The position numbers were made by a program, and so were the translations under genes. DNA of 64,000 nucleotides, taken from an uncultured Chloroflexia bacterium (GTDB lineage Bacteria; Chloroflexota; Limnocylindria; Limnocylindrales; CSP1-4). Below are positions 1 to 9,793 of the stretch, piece after piece. The DNA is taken from the NCBI GenBank assembly GCA_963749705.1, contig CAVVNQ010000003.1:96001-160000 (forward strand). The letters are read 5' to 3'. The notes beneath the pieces are model-generated. The model saw nothing but the letters and a program-made list of their open reading frames with translations. It searched no databases and was not told the DNA's origin. Positions within the stretch are counted from its first letter, which is position 1, and the number at the start of each line of letters is the position of its first letter.

Positions 1-740
1 TGGCACTCAACATCTCGGTCTGCGGGACGATCGTGTTCACGCTCCTCGCCCTGTTCGCGAAACAGCGGCAGAGCGCGCTGACGGCCCTGCAGCTCGCCCA
101 GGACCGGGCCGAGAACCTGCTTCTCAACGTGCTCCCGCGGCCGATCGCCGAGAAGCTGAAGGCCGAGCCACAGACGATCGCCGACCAGTTCACCTCGGCG
201 TCGATCCTGTTCGCCGACGTGGTCGACTTCACGCGACGCTCGGAGCAGCTGTCACCCGCCGAGGTCGTCGGCGTCCTCGACCAGCTGTTCAGCCATTTCG
301 ACGCGCTGGCCGAGCGATACGGCGTCGAGAAGATCAAGACCATCGGCGACGCCTACATGGTCGCCGCAGGGGTCCCGTCACCCCGGCCGGATCACGCTCG
401 CGCGCTGGCCAGCATGGCGCTCGACATGGTCGACGCCATGCGCACGCAGGGCGCGGTGGCGCACCTCGGCATGGAGCTCCGCGTGGGGATCAACTCCGGC
501 CCCGTGGTGGCCGGCGTCATCGGCCGCAAGCGGTTCCTGTACGACCTGTGGGGCGATGCGGTCAACACCGCCAGCCGCATGGAATCGTCGGGAACTCCGG
601 GCCGGATCCAGATCACCCGCGCGACCCATGACCTGGTCACGGACGAGTTCGTGTGCGAGGCGCGAGGCACGATCCCGGTCAAGGGCAAGGGCGAGATGGA
701 GACCTGGTACCTGCTCGATCGACGGCCGGCCGCCCCATGA
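1..740 (+). CDS. Class III adenylate/guanylate cyclase, membrane-associated (5' end outside window)
   Basis: FADVVDFT, KIKTIGDAY, GINSGPVVAGVIG and YDLWGDAVNTASRME motifs; K/D specificity residues favour ATP; frame is open back to the window edge. Confidence 0.92.
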   Translation, partial: ALNISVCGTIVFTLLALFAKQRQSALTALQLAQDRAENLLLNVLPRPIAEKLKAEPQTIADQFTSASILFADVVDFTRRSEQLSPAEVVGVLDQLFSHFDALAERYGVEKIKTIGDAYMVAAGVPSPRPDHARALASMALDMVDAMRTQGAVAHLGMELRVGINSGPVVAGVIGRKRFLYDLWGDAVNTASRMESSGTPGRIQITRATHDLVTDEFVCEARGTIPVKGKGEMETWYLLDRRPAAP

Positions 741-1126
741 GCCGGGACGTCGAGGATCTCAACCGGCGCCTCCTGCGCGCCCGGGACGCGATGGACCGCG
801 CCTACGCCGAGCCCCTGGACGTCCAGGCCGTGGCCTCGGTGGCATGCGTGTCGCCGGCGCATTTCATCCGCAGCTTCCATGCCGTGTTCGGCGAGACGCC
901 GCACCGCTATCTGCAGCGGCGGCGGGTGGAGCGCTCGATGTTCCTGCTGCGCGAGACCGATCGCAGCGTGACCGACATCTGCCTCGACGTCGGGTTCACC
1001 AGCCTGGGGACGTTCAGCCGCACCTTCCGGGAGATCGTCGGCGAGACGCCGTCCGGCTATCGGGCCGGGCATGGGCCAATGGTCGCGCCCAACTGCTTCC
1101 AGCTGGCGGCGACGCGGCCCTGGTGA
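737..1126 (+). CDS. AraC-family transcriptional regulator (stand-alone HTH)
   Basis: ATG overlaps cyclase stop (ATGA); SPAHFIRSF...GETPH and VTDICLDVGFTSLGTFSRTF AraC signature. Confidence 0.92.
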   Translation: MSRDVEDLNRRLLRARDAMDRAYAEPLDVQAVASVACVSPAHFIRSFHAVFGETPHRYLQRRRVERSMFLLRETDRSVTDICLDVGFTSLGTFSRTFREIVGETPSGYRAGHGPMVAPNCFQLAATRPW

Positions 1127-1227
1127 TCCCCGGGGCACGGCAATTCGCGCAGTTCCGGAGAAGCCGCCCGCGGCCGGGCACCTCTAGGATTGGGTCCGTC
1201 CCATTCCCATCGCGGAGCGCACGACCG

Positions 1228-1659
1228 ATGATCACGATGCTGAACGTCACCGCCATGAAGGTCCTCGACCAGGACGAGGCCCTCGACTTCTACGTCAACA
1301 AGCTCGGGCTTGAGGTGGCCCAGGACTTCCAGCAGGGACCGGTCCGCTGGCTGACCGTGCGGGTCCCCGGTGACCCCAACACCGAGATCTACCTCGAGAA
1401 GCCGGCCCCGCCCGCGTATGACGAGGCGACCGCCGAAGAGGTCCGGCAGCTGATCGCCAAGGGCGCCATCGGCTGGGTCGCGTTCCGAACCGACGACTGC
1501 CGCGCGCTGTACGAGACCCTCAAGGAGCGCGGCGTCACCGACTTCACCCAGGAGCCCACGGACCACTTCTACGGGACCGACATGGGCGTGCGAGACCCGT
1601 TCGGCAACGGGATCCGGATCCTGCAGCCGGCGAAGGTGGCACACGAGGCGACGGCCTGA
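1228..1659 (+). CDS. VOC/glyoxalase-family protein
   Basis: DQDEALDFYVNKLG ... TDDCRALYETL ... RDPFGN; GGAG upstream; typical partner of the preceding AraC gene. Confidence 0.9.
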   Translation: MITMLNVTAMKVLDQDEALDFYVNKLGLEVAQDFQQGPVRWLTVRVPGDPNTEIYLEKPAPPAYDEATAEEVRQLIAKGAIGWVAFRTDDCRALYETLKERGVTDFTQEPTDHFYGTDMGVRDPFGNGIRILQPAKVAHEATA

Positions 1660-1698
1660 CCGACTCCCGCAGGAGCTCGCCGATGACCGGGTCGATCC

Positions 1699-2343
1699 TC
1701 ACCCGCGGGCGAATGCCTCGAGGGCGTCAACGTCCGCCTGGCTGATCAGCGGGATCGCCTCGGTGACGCGCTCCGGCGGCCAATCCCACCACGCGATCCT
1801 GAGCAGCCGGTCGACGGTGGGCGGGTCGAACCGTTGGCGGATCAGGCGAGCCGGGTTGCCGCCCACGATGGCGTACGGTGGGACGTCCGAGGTCACGACC
1901 GACCGGGTCGCGACGATCGCACCGTCGCCGATGGTCACGCCCGGCATGATCAGGGCGTCGTAGCCGATCCAGACATCGTTGCCGACGACGGTGTCGCCGC
2001 GCGTGGGAAAGTCGAACTCTCCGGCCCATCGGCCCCGCCACGGCGCGAAGATCGGGAACGGGTAGGTCGACACACCCGACGTCCGGTGGTTGCCCCCGTT
2101 CATCACGAACTTGACGCCGGTCGCGATCGCGCAGTAGCGCCCGATCCGGAGGCGGTCGCCGGTGAACTCGAAGTGGTACAGGATGTTGGCCGTGAACGCG
2201 TCCGGCCCGGCGGGGTCGTCGTAGTAGGTGAACTCGCCGATCTCGACGTTCGCCGGCAGGCCCGGGAGGTTGCGGACGAACATCACGCTCGGCTGGTCCG
2301 GGATCGGGTGGAGCGCGGCGGGATCCGGAAACGGCGGCGTCAT
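1699..2343 (-). CDS. Vat/CatB-like xenobiotic O-acetyltransferase (hexapeptide repeat)
   Basis: [57 protein letters not shown]. Confidence 0.9.
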   Translation of the reverse strand: MTPPFPDPAALHPIPDQPSVMFVRNLPGLPANVEIGEFTYYDDPAGPDAFTANILYHFEFTGDRLRIGRYCAIATGVKFVMNGGNHRTSGVSTYPFPIFAPWRGRWAGEFDFPTRGDTVVGNDVWIGYDALIMPGVTIGDGAIVATRSVVTSDVPPYAIVGGNPARLIRQRFDPPTVDRLLRIAWWDWPPERVTEAIPLISQADVDALEAFARG

Positions 2344-4130
2344 CGACGCTCCTCGCTGACGGGCAGAGGCAGCCAGGCACGCAGCCGCGTTCCATCCCCG
2401 GGCGGGCTGTCGATCTCGAGACGGCCGCCAACCGCCGACACCCGGTCCCCAAGCCCGACGAGACCCGTGCCGGCGCCGGCGGCGGCACCCCCAGGCCCGT
2501 CGTCCGCGACCTCGAGCTCAAGCCGGTTCCCGGTCACGGCAGCGCGTACTGTGGCGGTCGCCTGCGGGGCATGCTTGGCGATGTTTGCCAGCGCCTCCGA
2601 GACGAAGAAGTACGCCGCGGCCTCGATCTCGGCCGGCAGCCGCTCCGACGGCACCGCGGCCACCGTCACGGCGACCGGCGAGCCGCCAGCCAGCGACGGG
2701 ATGGCACCGGCCAGCCCCGATTCGGTCAGCACCGCGGGGTGGATCCCCTGGGCGAGCTCGCGCAGCTCCGTCAGCGCGTCGCGGACCATCGTCGAGGCTT
2801 CTTCGAGGCTGGAGGCAAGGTCCGGCGTGCCGTCGCCAAGCTGATTCCGGGTTCGTCGAAGGGCCAGCGACAGCGCGACCAGACGCTGCTGGGCGCCGTC
2901 GTGGAGGTCTCGCTCCAGCCGCCTCCGTTCCGTGTCCGCAACGCTCACGATCCGCGCCCGCGATGCCTGGACCTCGGCGAGCTGGGCCTCGACCGCTGCA
3001 TGCAGCTGCTCGTTCTCAACGGCCAGCCGGGTCGCCGCGACGACCGAGGCCACGAGGCCCGGGTCGTCGAGCAGGTGGGAGTCGTGGAGGATCGCGCCGA
3101 TCGTCCCCCGATCTCCTTCCAGGACCGACACGGCCCGGTCGGCCTGAACCGCCGGAATCGCCGTGCGCGTGCCGTCGGCTGCCAGGAACGCGGCGTCGTC
3201 CTCGGACCAGGACAGGAGCTCCAGGCTCGGGTCGCCGAGGGCATTTGCGAGGGCATCACGGAAGTGCTGGGGCTGCGGCGTGGAACCGAGCCGGATGACG
3301 AGATCGGCCACGGCGCCGCGGGCCATGCGCTCGCGCAGCAGTGCGACCAGGAAGCCCAGCGGCAGGCCGACCCACACGATGGGCAGCCAGCCGATCGGCT
3401 GTGCCTGCGTGTCGCCCAGGCGGACGAGCACGTCGGGCAGGACGGACAGCAACGAGAAGGCGCCCCCGGCGAGCACCGGGATGAGGGTCCGACGGAGGGG
3501 CCCGGACGCGCGCGCGATCCGCGCGAGCACCAGCGGCACCAGGATCAGTGTCAGCGCGATCCCGACCGCGGCGCTCGCGCTCGGCAGCTGGTCGGCAAGG
3601 TCGCCGGCCGCGGCAATCGCGAACGGGCTGGCAGGACATGGGCAGAGCGATGCCGGGTCGACCGTCACCAGCTGGAGCAGGGCGAGACCGGTCGAAATGG
3701 CGCCGATCGCGATCACCGCAATGCGGTGCAGTCCGGATCCGAGGCGTCCGGATGGGAACGCGAGCAGCAGCCACGCGAACAGGACCCGCGCCAGCGCCTG
3801 CGCCGCGAGCGACGCCGGGCCGACGAACGGGACCGGTGCGAACAGGAAGTCGCCGCCGAACCAGGCCAGGCCGATCCCCACCATCAGCGGCCCTGACCGG
3901 TTCGAGGGGCGCCGGGCCCACGCGATCAGGCCGGCGAGGACGAACGCGTAGCCCGACGCCGCGTCGGTCACGATCCCATCGGGCCCGACACCGGCATTGA
4001 GCAGCGCCAGCTCGGCGAGCCCGCCGAACAGGACCGCCGGCACCAGCAGCAGCAGCGGGACCCGGAGATCCGCGGATGGGGTCCCGGTGGCCGTCGTGGG
4101 GGACGCGGGTGGCGCGACGCCGCCGTTCAT
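2340..4130 (-). CDS. Multi-TM sensor histidine kinase (HisKA_3/NarX-like)
   Basis: About 7 hydrophobic segments; [18 protein letters not shown]-box; [10 protein letters not shown]; DDGPGG; [11 protein letters not shown]; start uncertain (4130 or 4148). Confidence 0.92.
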   Translation of the reverse strand: MNGGVAPPASPTTATGTPSADLRVPLLLLVPAVLFGGLAELALLNAGVGPDGIVTDAASGYAFVLAGLIAWARRPSNRSGPLMVGIGLAWFGGDFLFAPVPFVGPASLAAQALARVLFAWLLLAFPSGRLGSGLHRIAVIAIGAISTGLALLQLVTVDPASLCPCPASPFAIAAAGDLADQLPSASAAVGIALTLILVPLVLARIARASGPLRRTLIPVLAGGAFSLLSVLPDVLVRLGDTQAQPIGWLPIVWVGLPLGFLVALLRERMARGAVADLVIRLGSTPQPQHFRDALANALGDPSLELLSWSEDDAAFLAADGTRTAIPAVQADRAVSVLEGDRGTIGAILHDSHLLDDPGLVASVVAATRLAVENEQLHAAVEAQLAEVQASRARIVSVADTERRRLERDLHDGAQQRLVALSLALRRTRNQLGDGTPDLASSLEEASTMVRDALTELRELAQGIHPAVLTESGLAGAIPSLAGGSPVAVTVAAVPSERLPAEIEAAAYFFVSEALANIAKHAPQATATVRAAVTGNRLELEVADDGPGGAAAGAGTGLVGLGDRVSAVGGRLEIDSPPGDGTRLRAWLPLPVSEERR

Positions 4131-4240
4131 CGCGGCATGGTGGCACACGCCGACACGAGGCGGAACGCAGGCATCGATCCGCCGCCGCGCATGGCCGGGG
4201 GCTGGTCATCGCCGCGCCCACGTGCGACGATCTTGGCTCG

Positions 4241-4930
4241 ATGAGCGTTCCGGCGGCGCCCAGAGCGCCTCGCATCGTGATCGGCGACGACTCCCTGCTG
4301 GTGCGGGAGGGGACGGCGCGCCTGCTCACGGACGCTGGCTTCGAGATCGTGGGCCTGGCCGGGAACGCCGAGGCGCTGCTGGACGAGGTCGCCCGGACGC
4401 ACCCCGACGTCGCGATCGTGGACATCCGGATGCCGCCCGACTTCAGCGACGAGGGCCTCCGTGCGGCGGCGGCCATCCGGGAGCGCTGGGGTGACGAGGT
4501 GGGCATCCTGGTCCTCTCGCACCATGTCGAGGCCGCGTTCGCGTTGCGACTGCTTCGCGAGGGCCGGCGTGGCACGGGATACCTGCTCAAGGACCGGATG
4601 GCGGATCTCGAGGACTTCACGGACGCGATCCGGCGGGTCGCTCGCGGGGGTTCCGTGGTCGACCCCGCCGTCGTCTCCCGGCTGGTCGATCAGCCGCAGT
4701 CGCGGAGCCGTCTGGCGGAGCTCACGGACCGTGAACGGGAGGTGCTGGGATTGATGGCGGAGGGCCGGTCCAACCAGGCCATCGCCGACCGCCTGTTCGT
4801 GACCCCCAAGACGGTCGAGGCGCACATCGCGTCCATCTTCTCGAAGCTCGATCTGCTGCCGGCCCCGGACGACCATCGGCGCGTCCTCGCGGTGCTCGCG
4901 TTCCTCGGGATGGAGCCCGCGACGAGCTAG
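4241..4930 (+). CDS. NarL/LuxR-family response regulator
   Basis: IGDDSLLVREG, DIRMPP, GYLLKDR, LTDREREVLGLMAEGRSNQAIA HTH. Confidence 0.93.
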   Translation: MSVPAAPRAPRIVIGDDSLLVREGTARLLTDAGFEIVGLAGNAEALLDEVARTHPDVAIVDIRMPPDFSDEGLRAAAAIRERWGDEVGILVLSHHVEAAFALRLLREGRRGTGYLLKDRMADLEDFTDAIRRVARGGSVVDPAVVSRLVDQPQSRSRLAELTDREREVLGLMAEGRSNQAIADRLFVTPKTVEAHIASIFSKLDLLPAPDDHRRVLAVLAFLGMEPATS

Positions 4931-4979
4931 AGCGCTCCTCGGAGCTCGACGCGCCGAGGGCGGGGGGCGATCACGGACG

Positions 4980-5369
4980 TCAGCGGCTGCGGCCACCCGG
5001 TCCCTGTGTCCGCGGAACGACCGGCACGAGGGCCGAGATCGCGTCGGCGGACAGGTTGTCCTTGCGCACGAACCCTGCGGCCCGGCTCGAGGCGATCCGC
5101 CCGCCATAGGCCGACGCATCGCGACTGGATATCAGCACGACGCCCGGTGATGGTGTCGACGCGGCCAGGCGCTGCGCGACCTCGAAGCCGTCGATGTCCG
5201 GCAGGCCGATGTCGAGCAGCACGACGTCCGGGCGCAGCGCGACGGTCTCGTCCAGCGCGGACTGGCCATCCGACGCCTCGCCCACGACCCACAGCCCTTC
5301 GGCCTCGAGCAGTGCGCGCGCCTCGCGGCGAAAGTCGGCGTGGTCGTCCACGATGAGGAAGCTGGTCAT
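4980..5369 (-). CDS. Single-domain response regulator (receiver only)
   Basis: LIVDDH, LLDIGLPDIDG, GFVRK; no output domain. Confidence 0.88.
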   Translation of the reverse strand: MTSFLIVDDHADFRREARALLEAEGLWVVGEASDGQSALDETVALRPDVVLLDIGLPDIDGFEVAQRLAASTPSPGVVLISSRDASAYGGRIASSRAAGFVRKDNLSADAISALVPVVPRTQGPGGRSR

Positions 5370-5475
5370 GCGATGCGGGCCATGGGGCGGTCTCCTGGAA
5401 GTCATCCGCGCACAGCATGCGGTCTCCGCGCCCGGTTCGCATTGGGGTCATCCCGGAATCGGTGGCGGGCAGCCC

Positions 5476-7014
5476 CTATACGGCCTGGCGCCGCCGGTCG
5501 TGCAGCTGGTCGTGGATCTCCGCATGCGTCCGTCCATCGCGATGATGGCGGCTGTGGGGCGGACCACCCTGCCCGTATGCAAACGCGAGCTCGGGATCCT
5601 CGTCGTGGACGTGAGGCTCCTCCGGTGCCCAGGGGACACCGGATTCGAACAGCACCGCGAACACCTCCACGATCTCGGGATCGAACTGGATGCCCGCCTG
5701 GCGCCGCAGCTCCGCGATCGCCTCGTCATGGGTGATGGCCGTGCGGTACGGGCGCCCGGCGATCATCGCCTCGTAGGCGTCGACGACGGACACGATCCTC
5801 GCGCCCACCGGGATGTCGGCACCGGTGAGGCCCAGCGGATAGCCGCGCCCGTCGAACCACTCGTGGTGATGGAGCACGATCGTCGCCGCGTCCCGCAGCG
5901 CACCGGCCTGCTCGAGCACGACCTGGCCGATCTTGGGGTGCTCGGCGACGACCCGCCACTCCGCGGCTCCGAGGTCGGACGGCTTTGACAGGATCTCGTC
6001 CGGGATCGCGAGCTTGCCCAGGTCGTGGAGCAGGCTCGCCGTCCGGATCCTGTCCAGCTCGCCTTCGGGCAGCCCGATCGCGCGGGCAACCGACACCGAG
6101 GCCTCGGCGATCAGCCTGGACGGCTTGCCAGCCCAGCTGGCGCGCTCCGTGAGGGACGTGATCAGCGCGTCCCGCGCCGCCCCCATCGCCGCCCGGCCCA
6201 CATCGAGCGCCTGGCTCCGCGCGGCGGCGGTGATCGGCGCCCGACGGATCGTCCCTTCGTCACCGGTCTCGCGGAACACGAACACCTGGTCCCGGCCCAG
6301 CGCCTTGGCCGAGTACAGGGCGGCATCCGCGTCGCGGACCAGGGCATCGAGACGGAGCACCTGTCCCATGCCCCCGGCCACGCCGGCGGACATCGTGATC
6401 CGCGCCTGCTCGCTGTCGCCGATCCGGACCTCTGCGCCACCCACCGCGCGTCGCAGCTTCTCGGCCAGGGCGGCGGCCGCGTCCACGTCGGTCTCGGGCA
6501 GCAGGATCAGGAACTCCTCGCCACCGTAGCGTCCGGCGACGTCCACCGATCGCACGTTTGCCGCGAGCAGCTGGGCGACGTGGCGAAGCACCGCATCGCC
6601 GGCCGCGTGGCCGTGCGAATCGTTGAGGCGCTTGAAGTGGTCGAGATCGACCAGGATGACCGACAGGGGACGCTGGTACCGGACCGCGCGCGCGAGCTCC
6701 TCCTCGACACGCGACAGCACCGCCTGGCGATTGGCGATCCCCGTCAGCGGGTCGATGGTCGCCAGCCGCCACGTGTCGGCGACCCGGTCACCGAGCTGGC
6801 GGAACGCGGCGCGGAGTCGAGCGTCACGAATCCGGCTTGCATCGAGGGCGACGAGCGCGCCCTCGTCAGCGGCGCTGACCAATCGTTCCGCCAGGGAGGC
6901 GAGCCGGTGATTCTGGCGCCGGACGATGAGCAGGGAGAACCCCGCGGTGCCGGTGAGGGCGCCGATCAGGGCGATCACCACCAGCATGGCCACGATGGAC
7001 GTCAGGAAGTCCAA
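5476..7014 (-). CDS. Membrane-anchored diguanylate cyclase / HD-GYP hybrid
   Basis: N-terminal TM; DPLTG, DLDHFK, RxxD I-site (RSVD), GGEEF; HDLGK and HHEWFDGRGYP. Confidence 0.92.
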   Translation of the reverse strand: MDFLTSIVAMLVVIALIGALTGTAGFSLLIVRRQNHRLASLAERLVSAADEGALVALDASRIRDARLRAAFRQLGDRVADTWRLATIDPLTGIANRQAVLSRVEEELARAVRYQRPLSVILVDLDHFKRLNDSHGHAAGDAVLRHVAQLLAANVRSVDVAGRYGGEEFLILLPETDVDAAAALAEKLRRAVGGAEVRIGDSEQARITMSAGVAGGMGQVLRLDALVRDADAALYSAKALGRDQVFVFRETGDEGTIRRAPITAAARSQALDVGRAAMGAARDALITSLTERASWAGKPSRLIAEASVSVARAIGLPEGELDRIRTASLLHDLGKLAIPDEILSKPSDLGAAEWRVVAEHPKIGQVVLEQAGALRDAATIVLHHHEWFDGRGYPLGLTGADIPVGARIVSVVDAYEAMIAGRPYRTAITHDEAIAELRRQAGIQFDPEIVEVFAVLFESGVPWAPEEPHVHDEDPELAFAYGQGGPPHSRHHRDGRTHAEIHDQLHDRRRQAV

Positions 7015-7169
7015 GGAACCTCACGCGGCTACGTCTTGTGCAGGTCACGGCCGCACCTCCATGAGGCTACGTCCGGCGTGCGGAAGGTCCATGACGCGAT
7101 GGTCCCGATGCCGGCACCGCCGCGCCGAGTGGTTCCGGGGGGCAACGATCGGGTCATGGCCCGAACGTC

Positions 7170-7943
7170 CTATTTCCCGGACACCACCCTGCCCCTGGCC
7201 AGCTCCCGGTCACCGCCACCGGTGAGGCGCCACGCCCAGCCCGGTCGACCAGGGGATCCGTCGAGCCACACGGCACCGGCCAGCGCCTCAGCGGCCGTCG
7301 CGGGCGTCACGTACTCGAGCCGAACGGAGCGCGGCATCGTCGACACCGCGTCAGCCGCGGGCGCGCCGGCGGCGATCAGCGCCTCCTCGAGGTAGTCGAG
7401 ATATGCCGCGTTGTTGACGTGGCCCATCGGATCCAGGTCCTGCGGCCGCACGAACGTCCGGGCGATCACGGCGCCCGGTGGCGTCGGCGGCAGCGGGACC
7501 CGGCCGGGCTCGAAGGTGCCGGGCGGTACGACGAACGCGCCGGGGAACTCCGACGGGATCCGCGTCGGCAGGCCCCGGTCATCGATCATCACCCAATCCG
7601 TGTGGCCCCACATGACGAGGTCGCCGCCGGGCAGTCGCGCCTCCGTCCGTCGCCGGGCCCAGACCTTCCGGAACCCGATGACGGCCGTGGAGATGTCGAG
7701 CGTCTGTCCGAGCAGGACGGGTTCGAGGATGGCCAGCTCCGCGGCCCTCACGACCCAGGTCAACCCTCGCTCGAGGTACCAGGCCCGGTCGAACCCCATT
7801 CGCTCGGAGTGCACCCACGCGACGTCCTGTGCGTAGCGCAGCAGCGTCGACGACCGGGCGATGCCGTCCGGCCCGCATTCGTCGAACCGGACCCGATACG
7901 GGATGGTCACGCCGCTGACCGGCCGCTCGACAGGTCCGGTCAT
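7170..7943 (-). CDS. Acyl-ACP/acyl-CoA thioesterase (double hotdog)
   Basis: YRVRFDECGPDG and VRPQDLDPMGHVNNAAY motifs; ATG overlaps upstream stop. Confidence 0.85.
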   Translation of the reverse strand: MTGPVERPVSGVTIPYRVRFDECGPDGIARSSTLLRYAQDVAWVHSERMGFDRAWYLERGLTWVVRAAELAILEPVLLGQTLDISTAVIGFRKVWARRRTEARLPGGDLVMWGHTDWVMIDDRGLPTRIPSEFPGAFVVPPGTFEPGRVPLPPTPPGAVIARTFVRPQDLDPMGHVNNAAYLDYLEEALIAAGAPAADAVSTMPRSVRLEYVTPATAAEALAGAVWLDGSPGRPGWAWRLTGGGDRELARGRVVSGK

Positions 7944-8629
7944 GCGGGCCGGCGCCCGGCAAGGCGGTCCAGGCCCTCGAGCCCGATCAGCTTCAGACCG
8001 GCCAGCGCCACCGGACCACGCTCCCGGACCAGGCGCACCTCGCACGATCGGCGCGCATCGAAGACCACGAGGCCGACCACCAGCCGTGCATCCTCGTCGG
8101 ACGCGTGCCGGCGGGCGTCGTCCAGCTGGTGGAGCACGTCGGCCTTGATCCCGCGCGCCCCCCACTTGCAGTCCCACGCCTCGGCCGCGGTGTCGTGCTC
8201 GACCGTCACGTCGTAGGGATGGATCTCGGCGGGAACGCCATCGAACAGGATCCGGCGCTCCCGGCGGACGGGCCCGGTCCGCGCGGCCAGGAGGCGCTCC
8301 GTGAGCGCCTCGACGACGGCGCCCCGGTACTGGCTTCGCGTCTGCTCACCCCGGTCGGCGACCTGCAGGGAGACCCCGAGGATCGCATCGGAGCGGTCGC
8401 GGACCGGGTCGCCCGGCGCCGGCGCGGTGGCACCGAACAGGACCGGAAACATGCGGTGCCACTGCGCCGGGTCGGTGGACTCGCCGTTCATCGCGGCGCG
8501 CGCGAGGAGTCGCTGGGTCGTCGTCGCGTCCGCGAGGAGCTCGGCGGCCCGCGCGACCAGCGGATCCGCCTGGATGCGCGCATAGACGATGGCGCGTCCG
8601 TCGGGGCGCGCATCCTGGAATCGCATCAC
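7940..8629 (-). CDS. Hypothetical protein, possible PD-(D/E)xK nuclease fold
   Basis: Overlaps both neighbours; E...PYDV...EAWDCKW pattern. Confidence 0.6.
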   Translation of the reverse strand: MMRFQDARPDGRAIVYARIQADPLVARAAELLADATTTQRLLARAAMNGESTDPAQWHRMFPVLFGATAPAPGDPVRDRSDAILGVSLQVADRGEQTRSQYRGAVVEALTERLLAARTGPVRRERRILFDGVPAEIHPYDVTVEHDTAAEAWDCKWGARGIKADVLHQLDDARRHASDEDARLVVGLVVFDARRSCEVRLVRERGPVALAGLKLIGLEGLDRLAGRRPA

Positions 8630-8931
8630 GACGCCTCGCCAAGCGCGGCCAGGGCGATCTGGGGGCAGGTCGACAACCAGTCGATCGCACGATGCGGGTC
8701 AGCGATCAGGCTCGCCTCGACGGCCAGCGCCTCGATCGCGACCGCGGCGCCGTCCGGAGCGGGGTCGGAGCCGCGGGCCTCACCGACGGCGGCGAGCCGT
8801 GCCCGCCACACCGTCCCGAGGTCGGTGACGTACTGCCACTCGTCGTCGACCGGCTCGGCGGTGGCCGCCAGCGTCGTGAAGGCGTCAAGCGCGCGCTGGA
8901 CAAGGTCGGCGATGCTGAGCTGTTCGGGCAT
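8626..8931 (-). CDS. Hypothetical helical protein (~101 aa)
   Basis: MPEQLSIADLVQRALDAF...; TACGCT 6 nt before ATG; stop overlaps next start. Confidence 0.65.
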   Translation of the reverse strand: MPEQLSIADLVQRALDAFTTLAATAEPVDDEWQYVTDLGTVWRARLAAVGEARGSDPAPDGAAVAIEALAVEASLIADPHRAIDWLSTCPQIALAALGEAS

Positions 8932-8981
8932 GACCGCAGCGTACGACGCGGAGCCCGGCGTCGCTCCCGGGAGCCGCGGCC

Positions 8982-9293
8982 TCAGGCGGGTTCGGTGCTC
9001 GCTGCGAGGCTCGGGCTGGCGTTCGCACGCGCCGAGCTGGCGAGCCGCTGCTGCGCCTCGCGATTCAGCCGCTCGAGCGCGCGTCGACCCTTCTCGTCCC
9101 AGCGCGTCGAGTAGGTTTGCAGCGCGTCGCGACGGACCTTCCAGGCGATCTCGCGCTCGCCGATGTGCTCCAGGCGCGCGACGGTATCGAGCACGGCGCG
9201 ATACAGGTGCGGGAGATCCTCGGCCGGGGTGTGCTCGTCCACGAAGCGAAGCGTGCTCCCCGTCGCCGCCGGTTGGAATGGGCGGGTCGTCAC
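8982..9293 (-). CDS. Hypothetical protein (~103 aa)
   Basis: Protein-like composition (EDLPHLYRAVLDTVARLE...YSTRWD); co-oriented in gene string. Confidence 0.6.
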   Translation of the reverse strand: MTTRPFQPAATGSTLRFVDEHTPAEDLPHLYRAVLDTVARLEHIGEREIAWKVRRDALQTYSTRWDEKGRRALERLNREAQQRLASSARANASPSLAASTEPA

Positions 9294-9404
9294 GGGTCGT
9301 GGCAGCCATGAGTCCGGGAGGTGCGCGGGTGCACCGGCGTCATGGTTTCCGGCGACGGGCGGCGACGCGGTCGCGCGGGCGACGCGGCGGGCATCGGCGC
9401 CGGC

Positions 9405-9479
9405 AACGGCCCCTCAGTCGCCGCGCTGGAACGGCCCTCAGTCGTCGCGGTGGGAACGGCCCTCAGTCGCCCCGGTGGG
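9405..9479. repeat. 3 x 25-bp tandem repeat covering the acyP stop codon
   Basis: aacggcccctcagtcgccgcgctgg / aacggccctcagtcgtcgcggtggg / aacggccctcagtcgccccggtggg. Confidence 0.85.
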
Positions 9480-9780
9480 CGCCGCTCTCGATGCGGAACC
9501 CGCCCGCGATCCCACGCGCCGGCTCCCAGCGGACGATGACCCGGTCGACGATCGCGGCGGGCGGGCCTTCCTCGAGCCGGACGAGCAGGGCGTCGAGGAT
9601 GGATCGATCGCCCTCGGCGACGACGCGGACGCTGCCGTCGCGCTCGTTCGCGACGAAGCCAGCGAGACCCAGCCGGCCCGCCTCGCGCAACGCGAACACC
9701 CGGTATCCGACTCCCTGGACCCGGCCGACGACGCGGGCGTCCAGCCGGGCACGACGGCTGGCCGTCATCCCGTCCGTCAC
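9463..9780 (-). CDS. acyP: Acylphosphatase
   Basis: VVGRVQGVGYR, GFVANERDGSVRVVAEG, GPPAAIV. Confidence 0.93.
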   Translation of the reverse strand: MTDGMTASRRARLDARVVGRVQGVGYRVFALREAGRLGLAGFVANERDGSVRVVAEGDRSILDALLVRLEEGPPAAIVDRVIVRWEPARGIAGGFRIESGAHRGD

Positions 9781-9793
9781 GCGCGGCGCCCGC

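Noticed and set aside
9405-9479. Possible mini-CRISPR array
   Set aside because: Units are directly adjacent with no unique spacers, overlap a gene end, and no cas genes are present
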